From the NCBI GenBank assembly GCA_047947115.1, contig CP170459.1, positions 4,320,001 through 4,384,000 on the forward strand: DNA of 64,000 nucleotides, given 5' to 3'. Within the stretch, counting starts at the first letter, position 1; every line of letters begins with the position of its first letter. This DNA comes from Verrucomicrobiota bacterium. GTDB lineage: Bacteria; Verrucomicrobiota; Verrucomicrobiia; Limisphaerales; AAA164-E04. Shown here in pieces: positions 1-8,153 of this stretch. The position numbers and the translations under genes were made by a program. The notes under the pieces are model-generated. The model saw only the letters and a list, made by a program, of their open reading frames with translations. It ran no database searches and was not told the DNA's origin.

Positions 1-524
1 GCAAAGACGGCAGACCACGCTGGATGATTTTGAGCGGGTTCATTCATGATCTGGGCAAAATCCTGTGCCTTTACGGAGAACCCCAATGGGCCGTGGTGGG
101 AGACACTTTTCCGGTAGGATGCGCCTTCTCGGACAAAATTGTGTTTCCTGAATTTTTCGACAAAAACCCCGACCGCAACAACCCGGAACTCAACACCAAG
201 TTCGGTGTCTATGAAGAAAACTGTGGTCTGGACGCGGTAAACCTGTCCTGGGGCCACGACGAATACATCTACCAGGTCGCAAAACCCTACCTTCCCATCG
301 AAGGCCTTTACATGTTGCGATACCACTCCTTTTACCCCTGGCATCGCGAAGGAGAATACGATCACCTCTGCAATGACACCGATCGTGAGATGCTCAAATG
401 GGTGTTGGACTTCAACAAATACGACCTCTACACCAAAAGCCACACCGCCCCCGACCCGGTCGCATTGAAACCCTATTACGAAGACCTCATCGCGGAATTC
501 TTCCCTGACAAACTAGATTGGTAG
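1..524 (+). CDS. myo-inositol oxygenase (MIOX family), 5'-truncated by window edge
   Basis: Motifs [45 protein letters not shown]; frame stays open upstream of 24 ([10 protein letters not shown]). Confidence 0.9.
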   Translation, partial: KDGRPRWMILSGFIHDLGKILCLYGEPQWAVVGDTFPVGCAFSDKIVFPEFFDKNPDRNNPELNTKFGVYEENCGLDAVNLSWGHDEYIYQVAKPYLPIEGLYMLRYHSFYPWHREGEYDHLCNDTDREMLKWVLDFNKYDLYTKSHTAPDPVALKPYYEDLIAEFFPDKLDW

Positions 525-550
525 TATTGATCGTCAAATCGTTTTAAGAA

Positions 551-585
551 GAAAGAATGGCCCGGAAACGGCCCGTTCTTTTTTT
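551..585. terminator. probable bidirectional intrinsic terminator
   Basis: Imperfect hairpin agaatggcccg-gaaa-cggcccgttct followed by T run, between convergent genes. Confidence 0.6.
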
Positions 586-589
586 ATGG

Positions 590-853
590 TCACACCTTTT
601 TCCGCTTGAACCATTGGCGAACATGACCTCGGGGCACCGACTGCCAGGCACGTTCATGGAAGTAATAAATCAGGAACTTGCTGGGAAACTCGATCGCACC
701 AACAATCAGAGCTGTCTTCACCTCCCCAGTGGTACGCCACGCGATCAACACCGTGGTCAACGTAGCGATGATACGCCACGAGATCCCCTTGAGGATGCTC
801 CTTACATGTGATTCCCTGATATTTTCAACAGCTGCGCTCATATTTGTGCTCAT
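590..853 (-). CDS. DUF2061 small membrane protein
   Basis: ESHVRSILKGISWRIIAT...YYFHERAW signature; start taken at MSTN (853). Confidence 0.8.
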   Translation of the reverse strand: MSTNMSAAVENIRESHVRSILKGISWRIIATLTTVLIAWRTTGEVKTALIVGAIEFPSKFLIYYFHERAWQSVPRGHVRQWFKRKKV

Positions 854-1091
854 TGTTTCATAGGATAGCCGAATTCGCCATCGCATGAGAACAAGCTACG
901 ACCGCTTACTTAAGTTATCAAGGTATTTTACTTATCTTTATAGACGTCCGCACCGGTGTTTGTATCCGTTTAGGTTGAGAAAATTACTTAACTACAACTT
1001 GGTTAGTTAGTAAGGAGGAACACATGGGACATATCAGAAGCCCCAACATCTATACTCCATGCAGATAACAAGGAGGCAAGCAATCGTCATT

Positions 1092-1219
1092 TACCAACAC
1101 CTGGATCATGCGCTGGACGACGACCTGTTTCTGTCGACACTCGATTATCGGTTCAAATTTCATCATATGCTCCAAATCACAACGGCGGTGGCCAGTTGCC
1201 TGCACCACCTTTGTCGGAC
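1092..1219 (-). repeat. attC-like site (family A, copy 1)
   Basis: Minus strand GTCCGAC-AAAGG-TGGTGCAG...ATGATCC-AGGT-GTTGGTA, 128 bp, begins right after toxin stop; core homologous to 2684-2810 and 3317-3441. Confidence 0.75.
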
Positions 1220-1221
1220 CC

Positions 1222-1476
1222 CTATTTGAGCAATCTGTCATACTCATTATGATGGCCAATCCAGAACCAATAAAAATCGCCGTCTTTCGGATAACAAAGT
1301 GCTCGATATTCCAAATTAATTCGGACAGACCAAAACCGTCCTACCTTCTTGAACTGGAGAGATGGGTGATTCGGGTCTTTCAACCAAAGTAAAAATTGCT
1401 TTCGAGCGGTTCTTTGAATCTCTGGAGGCAACCCAGCGTAATACCCCCAGAACTTACTGGTGGTCCACGATTTCAT
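1222..1476 (-). CDS. RelE/ParE-like type II toxin
   Basis: 84 aa, DPNHPSLQFKKV..WSVRINLEYRAL...WFWIGHHNEYD; overlaps upstream acidic partner. Confidence 0.85.
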   Translation of the reverse strand: MKSWTTSKFWGYYAGLPPEIQRTARKQFLLWLKDPNHPSLQFKKVGRFWSVRINLEYRALCYPKDGDFYWFWIGHHNEYDRLLK

Positions 1477-1672
1477 TAAGGGGCTTTATTATACCTTTTT
1501 CGATATCGAATTCGATTTCCCCTATGAGGTGGTCCAGTCGACCAGCTTCCGAATCAGCCTCGATCTGTCTATCCCACTGAGCCATATCAAAATCAGCAAA
1601 CCACTTGCGAAAAGTGTTCAACTCCTCCGGAGTGAATGCCGAGACAGCTTGTTCTACTTCTTCGATGCTCAT
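1454..1672 (-). CDS. putative antitoxin
   Basis: 72 aa acidic, WDRQIEADSEAGRLDHL motif, overlaps toxin start. Confidence 0.8.
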   Translation of the reverse strand: MSIEEVEQAVSAFTPEELNTFRKWFADFDMAQWDRQIEADSEAGRLDHLIGEIEFDIEKGIIKPLNEIVDHQ

Positions 1673-1678
1673 TACTGC

Positions 1679-1706
1679 AACCTACATAAAGTCCCAGAAA
1701 AATCAA
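1679..1706 (-). promoter_or_regulatory. possible sigma70 promoter of the TA cassette (leaderless)
   Basis: TTGATT-16 nt-TAGGTT ending 6 nt before ATG at 1672. Confidence 0.35.
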
Positions 1707-1722
1707 ACTTTCCCAGGCAATA

Positions 1723-1764
1723 GCTGAACGGCTGGCTCCCGTTCGCTGGATCGTCTGGTTCGCC
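1723..1764 (-). repeat. truncated attC-like site (left arm only)
   Basis: GGCGAAC-CAGA-CGATCCAG-CGAACGGGAGCCAGCCGTTCAG; no matching right arm found. Confidence 0.5.
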
Positions 1765-1790
1765 ATCCCCTCCATCGTGCCCCGCGAAAG

Positions 1791-1843
1791 GCCGAATCTC
1801 ACCCGACTGCCATGAACCCAGAGCGATCAACCGCTTGTTCGGA
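1791..1843 (-). repeat. degenerate short attC-like site
   Basis: TCCGAAC-AAGC-GGTTGATC...GGTGAG-ATTCGGC at end of the WD40-like cassette. Confidence 0.35.
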
Positions 1844-1898
1844 GAATAATCGACATCCGATGGAAATGGGACCTAATATACCTCCAAACGCTGGCCTG

Positions 1899-2674
1899 TC
1901 ACCGCACAATAGTGTAAGATACAATCCTTTTGCACTGAGGCGAGGAAACTGCATACTGGCAGAAGCACAGCTCTGACCCGGAACCTCCAATGGTCACGCG
2001 AGCCCGCCACAGCAGCCTGGCCGAGGGCAGCTCATAGACGTGACGATCCTGCGGAGGAGCGCCGAACAGAACCGCGAGTCGCGATCCATCTTCGGAAGCG
2101 GCTGATGCGCAATTGAAAGGAAGCTGAATGCCAAGTCTGGAAGGCGAACAATCCGAGAATGGCCAAGTCCAAATAGTAAAGTAGCCGTCCGCAGGGGGCT
2201 GATCACCCGTCGTTGCCTTGGGCGAGTGTTCGATGATCCAGACAGTACCGCTGCGCACCGAGTGAACTCGGCAGAGCATCTCTCCCGCGTACTCCCGGCG
2301 GTGATGGACCTTTCCGGTGGACGCATCGCGCACTTTCAGAAACACATCCCACGAATCGTCCACAATGAAATGCCCGCAATCCTAAAAGCGTAGATTGATC
2401 CCTTCACCCTCCGCATCGTTCTAGAAATCTTTCCGTACTTCGCCACTATCCCAAGTCAGAGTCACAATCTGGCCGGATGTGCTCTTGACAGCGATCATGT
2501 CACCCTTGGGCGAAAACGCAGCGTCGGAGGGGTTAGAAAAGGGATGCGCTCGCCATGTCTTCTTGCGCGATGCGATGTCCCAAAGGCTACTGTCCCGCGC
2601 CAATGTGATGTTGTTCCGCACCGGCTGAAACCAACAGCATAACTGCTTTTGACCTTTACTGGGCACACGGGCAT
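1899..2674 (-). pseudogene. decayed WD40/beta-propeller-like cassette gene
   Basis: ATG at 2674 about 10 bp after attC; frameshift near 2610; ORFs 2421-2735 and 1899-2363 share a frame split by TAG at 2421 and 2382; WD-like motifs SLWDIAS, AAFSPKGD, LKVRDASTG. Confidence 0.6.
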
Positions 2675-2683
2675 CAGTCTTTT

Positions 2684-2810
2684 GGCGAACGTCGAGGCCT
2701 GGCGCTGACCTGTAAACCGACCTGGCAATGCTCATGAAAAGTTACAAATTTCATCATATGCTTCAAATCACAGCGGTGATGGCCAGTTGCCTGCACCGCC
2801 CTGGGTAGGC
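2684..2810 (-). repeat. attC-like site (family A, copy 2)
   Basis: GCCTACC-CAGGG-CGGTGCAG...CAGGCCT-CGAC-GTTCGCC, 127 bp, just after hicA stop. Confidence 0.8.
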
Positions 2811-2815
2811 CATCC

Positions 2816-3004
2816 TCAATTATCTTCGCTTGAGGTAAGACGCCGAATAATTCTTTTGGCGAGGATCTCATTAACCTCTCGGTGCCGAGGTATCGGCTCC
2901 GATCTGCCATTCTTCGGGTTGTGGTAGATGTCATGCCTGCCACCATGGCGAAGCAAAATACAGCCCGACTCCTATAACTGACGAATAAGGTCGAGCCGTT
3001 TCAC
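2816..3004 (-). pseudogene. hicA: HicA toxin with one in-frame nonsense codon
   Basis: GTG at 3004 overlaps hicB TGA; reads MKRLDLIRQL*ESGCILLRHGGRHDIYHNPKNGRSEPIPRHREVNEILAKRIIRRLTSSEDN; TAG at 2972-2974. Confidence 0.85.
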
Positions 3005-3192
3005 GCAATCTCCAATTCCTCTACTTTTCTGATTCCAGGAATCTGCTCCGAGCCGAAGGTCTGGTATAGGTCGCGTAAATGATCTTTTAGATCATCCAGG
3101 TTCTCTCCTTGCGTCCAATGATCAGGGTAATCGTTCAAATACCCCAAGAAACGACCATCGCTTTCTTTCCAATACGTAAAGCATGGTTTCAT
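3001..3192 (-). CDS. hicB: HicB family antitoxin (short, no DNA-binding domain)
   Basis: MKPCFTYWKESDGRFLGYLNDYPDHWTQGENLDDLKDHL; start at 3192. Confidence 0.85.
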   Translation of the reverse strand: MKPCFTYWKESDGRFLGYLNDYPDHWTQGENLDDLKDHLRDLYQTFGSEQIPGIRKVEELEIA

Positions 3193-3316
3193 ATTGTCCA
3201 ATCTTGCAAATCTCGGCTCATTTGGCCAGCCCTTACTTGCGGTAAAAAACGTCCGACAGCCGCTGTCCAATCTCAGCACAAACATACCCACCCACAGCAC
3301 CGACGAAAATGTTGCC

Positions 3317-3441
3317 GCATAAAGCGAGGTCAGGCACTGGCCTGTAAGCCGACCTGACGATACTTAGTTAAAGGTTCATATTTCATCATATGCTCCAAAT
3401 CACAGAGGCGGTGGCCAGTTGCCTGCACTTCTTTGTTCGCC
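3317..3441 (-). repeat. attC-like site (family A, copy 3), degenerate R' end
   Basis: GGCGAAC-AAAG-AAGTGCAGGCAACTGGCC...GGCCAGTGCCTGACCT-CGC-TTTATGC; starts right after relE stop. Confidence 0.8.
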
Positions 3442-3442
3442 T

Positions 3443-3706
3443 TCAATCTCTGTAAACGTCTTTCCGATGCCCAACCTTGATCACCTCGATAATGAGGCAG
3501 TGGCCTTGAACATCGTAAAGAATCCGGTAGTCGCCCACTCGAATCCTGTAGCTTCGCTCGCTCCCTGAAAGCTTGACGCACCCTGTTGGAAATGGATCTT
3601 CCGCCAAGGATTCTACAGCAGCGATGATCCTGACAACATCTGTAGAAGGGATGCGGCGCAGATCCTTCCGAGTGGATCGTCGCCACTCAAGCCGGTAGGA
3701 GGCCAT
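3443..3706 (-). CDS. relE: RelE/StbE family toxin
   Basis: LAEDPFPTGCVKLSG...YRIRVGDYRILY...IKVGHRKDVYR. Confidence 0.9.
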   Translation of the reverse strand: MASYRLEWRRSTRKDLRRIPSTDVVRIIAAVESLAEDPFPTGCVKLSGSERSYRIRVGDYRILYDVQGHCLIIEVIKVGHRKDVYRD

Positions 3707-3875
3707 CGTGCTTCAACTCCTGGATAAACTCCTCGTGAGATATCGTCGGTTCGTTGCGACGCTCGGCGATGGCAGCCAAGTCCCCCAGATCCTCGAGCAA
3801 CTTCTCATACTGGTCAATTGGCAGCACAACCGCTGTCCTCCTTCCAGTGTTATCTGTAACGTACTGAGCATCCAT
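3687..3875 (-). CDS. antitoxin paired with RelE
   Basis: 62 aa, YVTDNTGRRTAVVLPIDQYEKLLEDLGDL; overlaps toxin start. Confidence 0.85.
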   Translation of the reverse strand: MDAQYVTDNTGRRTAVVLPIDQYEKLLEDLGDLAAIAERRNEPTISHEEFIQELKHDGLLPA

Positions 3876-3929
3876 ATCATTGAGCTACCATAGTTTATTC
3901 ATTTTGTCGAGAAGGGGATCATCCATTGT

Positions 3930-4055
3930 GGCGAACGACCAGGATCACCGACCGCCGCCGGGAGCGCACGCTGGCTGCGAATCCAGCATCCGGTTTTCCG
4001 GGGCATCCGAAACAGAGGCGTGGGGCGGCGGTTCGTGTGCATCCGCTCGTTAGGC
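3930..4055 (-). repeat. canonical attC site (family B)
   Basis: R'' GCCTAAC, L'' GGATGCAC, stem ACCGCCGCC/GGCGGCGGT, L' GTGATCC, R' GTTCGCC; 126 bp; one extra base in L''. Confidence 0.9.
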
Positions 4056-4077
4056 GCTCACAGGGAGATAATATGGA

Positions 4078-5530
4078 TCATTCACGCTTCGTCGCAACTT
4101 CCAGCACCCTGTCCCGGCCCGTACGGATATCCTCAATCGTTTTCTCTACCACAATATCGGGCTCGATTCCTTTCCCTGGCGTGAAAGCCTTGTAGGAAGT
4201 GGTGGTCCAAAGCAATGGCACACGAACGCGAATGGTCGATTCAGGAAGTGACAGAAAAGCGATGACGCCACCTGTGGGGCCCTCTGCGCTGCCCCCGGTT
4301 AACTCACCGACCAGCGTCGCCGTTCGCTCGTCACGCAACTCCGCCAGCAATACCGTAGCCCCGGATTCGTTGTTCGGCCCAATCAGAACCGTCAGAGAGC
4401 CCTTCCAGGCATCGGGAGCTGGTTCAACTTGGCGAGTACCTCCAGTGACCTCCGGGCTGACCGTGTACATCCCGGTATCATCCTCGACGAAGAGGGACGC
4501 GGGCATATTAAAGACGTTTTCGTCCCACGTGCTTAGGTACCGGCGAAAGGCATCGAACTGATAGGTCTTGACGCGTGACGGCCCACCAACAGTAATCGGC
4601 TTGTCTATCAGGTGCCGGAGAAGGCTGTTCATGACGTCGTCGGAACCGCCCCCCACCGAACGGAAGTCCAGAACGAGTCGATCAACGCCTGAGTCTCCGA
4701 TTTCCCGAAAGACAGGACCAAAGACGCTTTCAGGATCTATCGGTGTTCGGTAGTTCACAAAGGTATTGATATTCAACACCGCAGTGTTGCCAACCCGGCT
4801 CCACGAAACAGCAGCTTTGTCGCTGAAGTTCGACTGTGCCCGTCCGATACCGCGCACAGCATTGGAAACCTCTGTGCCGACGGCTGAAACACGCGTTTGT
4901 CGCAGATGGCCATCGGTGCCCCGAACCGAGAGGCCAAACGAACTCGAGAAACCGTGCATTAGTGGATAAAAAACGTCGAAGGTCGTGAGGCCGATGTCGT
5001 CACTTCCCGAAAATATCGAGGCTTTCGTGTAGTCTGTAAAACCATCGACCGAAATGTATGGGATTGTAGCTTCATACAGATCCTGCATGGGTCGACCGTC
5101 CACTTCGATCGATTCATCCCCTGCCAGAATGCCAGTGACTTCAGGTGCTACTCCAGTCACAATCGCTTTGCCTCCGATCCACGCGAAGGCCACGGGCAGC
5201 ATGCTGGCGTGTTTATTCCTCCACTCCAGCATCTGCGGTGGCAACTCGGCCTCCGTATGCTCGCACCTTATCGCTGCTAAAAACTTGCTGACGGTGAGAT
5301 ACATCTCACCCGTATTTCGAGCATCAGTTGCCGCCGCGAGAAATGCCTGTTCAGCAGCAGTGACATCGGCAGCAGTCCGATATCGCATGTACCCGGGATG
5401 GATGCCTCTCAGCACGCTAATCAACAACTGCGCATCCCGGCCGGTTTGCTCGATGGTAAGGGGCGAGGTGGGTCGGCTTTCGTCAATTTCCTGACCAAAG
5501 AGGCAACAGCACGATAGTCTTACTTCGATC
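4078..5530 (-). CDS. S41 family peptidase (cassette gene), 5' end uncertain or disrupted
   Basis: AVLNINTF, LVLDFRSVGGG, VLIGPNNESGAT, LVGELTGG, GKGIEPDIVV; PDZ-like GILAGDESIEVDG. Confidence 0.75.
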
Positions 5531-5968
5531 ACTAACCCGGATATTTCATCAAAACCAGAAATACCCACAAATTGGTTTTCATTATAGCTCAAGGATGAGT
5601 TTGGAGAGGTCAGACGCACCAGGCTATAGTCTTTGAGATTCCCAATAGGCAGTTACTGTGCATATTACATTTTCTTCATGCATGCTCCGTTCCACATTGC
5701 TTCGCGTCTTTGCGGCTCCGCGCCTTAGCGATAAAAACAGGCAATCATTGAGAACTGAGGAGCCTGTAAAAAGGTTCCATGCAAGTTTCGATCGCGTATA
5801 AGAGTATTGCGTTATCCTGACGCGCATTCGACTTATCGGTAGAACTCTCCCCTTCATTGTCTAAAAAGGGAACTGCTCCCCTCCCCCACCTGAAAAGGGC
5901 AAATAGTTGCAATTCAGTGGCGGGATGGCATGATGTCGTGCCCGCTTCTTGCGGAGCAATACAAGCAT

Positions 5969-7873
5969 ATGAGCAATATTATCGGCATTGATCTTGGAAC
6001 CACCCATTCGGCGGTGGCTGTTGTGGATTCTGGTTTTCCCATTGTCCTGGCCAACGCTCATTCCAAACGCCTGACCCCGTCCGTGGTGCATTATCCGTCC
6101 GATCAAAAGGCCCCCAAAGTGGGTGAGGAAGCGGTGCGCATGCGGACGATCGCTCCGGATCGAACCATTTACTCGGTCAAACGTTTCATGGGACGCAGAT
6201 CCGGCGATTTGTCGGACAGGGAAAAAGAAGTCGACTATTCCATCCAGGCAGCACCGAATGCACCCATTCAAATCCAGATTGGTGAAGCCCTGCTTTCGCC
6301 TGAAGCGGTTTCTGCCGAAATCCTGAAATCGCTCAAATCAGCGGCCGAATCCGCGATGGAATGCACGTTTGAACGAGCCGTCATCACCGTACCGGCTTAT
6401 TTCAATGATGCGCAAAGACAGGCCACCATCGAAGCCGGGCGTCTGGCCGGTTTGACTGTGGAGAGGATCATCAACGAACCCACAGCTGCTGCGTTGGCGT
6501 ACGGTCTGAATCGGCTCAAGGATCAATCCAAAATCGCAGTGTATGACCTGGGTGGAGGCACGTTCGATATCACCGTTCTGGAGTTGAATGAGGGAGTGTT
6601 CAGGGTTTTATCCACCCATGGGAACACCTGTCTTGGAGGGAATGATATCGACCAGGCAATCCTCAACCATTTTCTGTCAGTCATCCGGACCCAGTCTGAA
6701 AAAATCGATGTAACGCAATCGGAGGAAGCCCTGCCCCGCCTGCGAGAGGCGGCTGAACAGGCCAAAATCGCACTGTCCACCGAGACAACAACCACGGTCG
6801 AATTACCGTTCCTGACGCCCGATTTCCATTTCAAACTGGAATTGACCAGAGAAGAGCTTCAATCCATTGCCCGTCCCATCATTATACGCACAAAGCAGCA
6901 TTGCCTTCGGGCCATCAGCGATGCAGGCATTCGATCAGAAGATCTGGATCAGGTCGTGCTGGTGGGAGGTCAAACCCGCATGCCATTGGTCAGGGAGAGG
7001 GTCAGCGAGTATTTTCAATGCAGTGACTTTGAAGAAACACGGGGGGATGTGCGCCTGGGAGATTCCTTTCACACTGCATCCGGTCCAGAGTTGAACACCG
7101 GACAAAACCCGGATGAAGCTGTGGCCTTGGGCGCGGCGATCCAGGGAGCCATTCTCACTGGAGAAATGTCGCAAATGACTTTACTGGATGTCACCCCGCT
7201 CTCGTTGGGCATTGAAACCTTTGGTGGTTTGATGAATGTGTTGATCCCCCGCAATTCCACCATCCCGGCCAAGGCCGGCGAGGTCTTTACTACTGCGGTA
7301 GCCAATCAGAAGGAAATGCTGATCCATATTCTCCAAGGAGAACGCGAGAAAGCAGCGGACAACTGGAGCCTGGGCCAGTTTGTCGTTTCCTTTGAAAAAG
7401 CTCCGAAAGGCGTCCCTCGTGTCGGCGTACAATTTGAAATTGATGCCAACGGCGTCCTGCATGTGCTCGCCCGAGATATCAAGTCGGGTAAGGAACAGAT
7501 TGTTGAGATCAAATCCGCCATTGACGTGGAAGATCACAAAGTAACCGAAATGGTGGAATCTTCAGTGGAACACGCCATGCAGGATTGGGATGCACGACGC
7601 TGGATTGAGAACAAACTCAAAGCCAATGATCTGTTGTCCGCAGTCAGGCAAAGCCTTTCGGATTGCAGCGAAGATCTTGAACCCGACTACCTCGAGCTGA
7701 TCCAGGAGAAGGTTGACGTGCTCAAAGGCGTATTGGCGAGGGAGAACAAGGAAAACCAATCCGGCGATGTGGACGCCCTGAAAAGTGCCGTCGCGGAATT
7801 GGATGACGCCACTCAAACACTGGCCCAAATCCATCTGGACAAGATCACGACAGAATATCTGACAGGAGCTTGA
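5969..7873 (+). CDS. Hsp70 family chaperone (DnaK/HscA-like paralog)
   Basis: [59 protein letters not shown]. Confidence 0.9.
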   Translation: MSNIIGIDLGTTHSAVAVVDSGFPIVLANAHSKRLTPSVVHYPSDQKAPKVGEEAVRMRTIAPDRTIYSVKRFMGRRSGDLSDREKEVDYSIQAAPNAPIQIQIGEALLSPEAVSAEILKSLKSAAESAMECTFERAVITVPAYFNDAQRQATIEAGRLAGLTVERIINEPTAAALAYGLNRLKDQSKIAVYDLGGGTFDITVLELNEGVFRVLSTHGNTCLGGNDIDQAILNHFLSVIRTQSEKIDVTQSEEALPRLREAAEQAKIALSTETTTTVELPFLTPDFHFKLELTREELQSIARPIIIRTKQHCLRAISDAGIRSEDLDQVVLVGGQTRMPLVRERVSEYFQCSDFEETRGDVRLGDSFHTASGPELNTGQNPDEAVALGAAIQGAILTGEMSQMTLLDVTPLSLGIETFGGLMNVLIPRNSTIPAKAGEVFTTAVANQKEMLIHILQGEREKAADNWSLGQFVVSFEKAPKGVPRVGVQFEIDANGVLHVLARDIKSGKEQIVEIKSAIDVEDHKVTEMVESSVEHAMQDWDARRWIENKLKANDLLSAVRQSLSDCSEDLEPDYLELIQEKVDVLKGVLARENKENQSGDVDALKSAVAELDDATQTLAQIHLDKITTEYLTGA

Positions 7874-8153
7874 ATCCATCATGCCCGCCTGCATCCCGGC
7901 ACCCTTCCAGAGGCAACCGCAACACGAATGACTTCCGGCATGGACCTTCAGACTGGAATGGGCCCCGGTCTGAAGCTGGAATCCAGCTTTGGAAACCGGT
8001 TGCAACGGGTGTTTTCACCCTGCATGAGATGTGTTTTGCGGGAAGCCGCTGTTTTCAGATTGCCACATCAGGCATCACCTCACTACCATCCCTGCTCAGC
8101 ATCGGAGCAGATTCATTGGTCGATTCGAAGATTGCTGGAAGATCCTATCAGTT

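Larger units (their letters stand above)
1092..5530 (-). mobile_element. integron cassette array lacking an integrase (CALIN)
   Basis: Co-oriented gene units each followed by an attC-like palindrome; no tyrosine recombinase ORF anywhere in the window. Confidence 0.8.

Noticed and set aside
1899..3004. TAG recoding, since three in-frame interruptions in cassette genes are TAG
   Set aside because: TAG ends intact genes here (MIOX, the 1222 toxin) and the WD40 remnant also has a frameshift; decay is simpler
1092..3441. CRISPR array
   Set aside because: Repeats are ~127 bp, separated by whole genes, and no cas genes are present
3330..3686. Small ORFs sharing 'VQATGHR.CDLEHMMK' (also 1050-1259, 2674-2946)
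   Set aside because: They are translations of the attC repeat, not a protein family
5969..7873. Canonical dnaK or hscA symbol
   Set aside because: No grpE/dnaJ/hscB neighbours and divergent motifs; paralog identity unresolved
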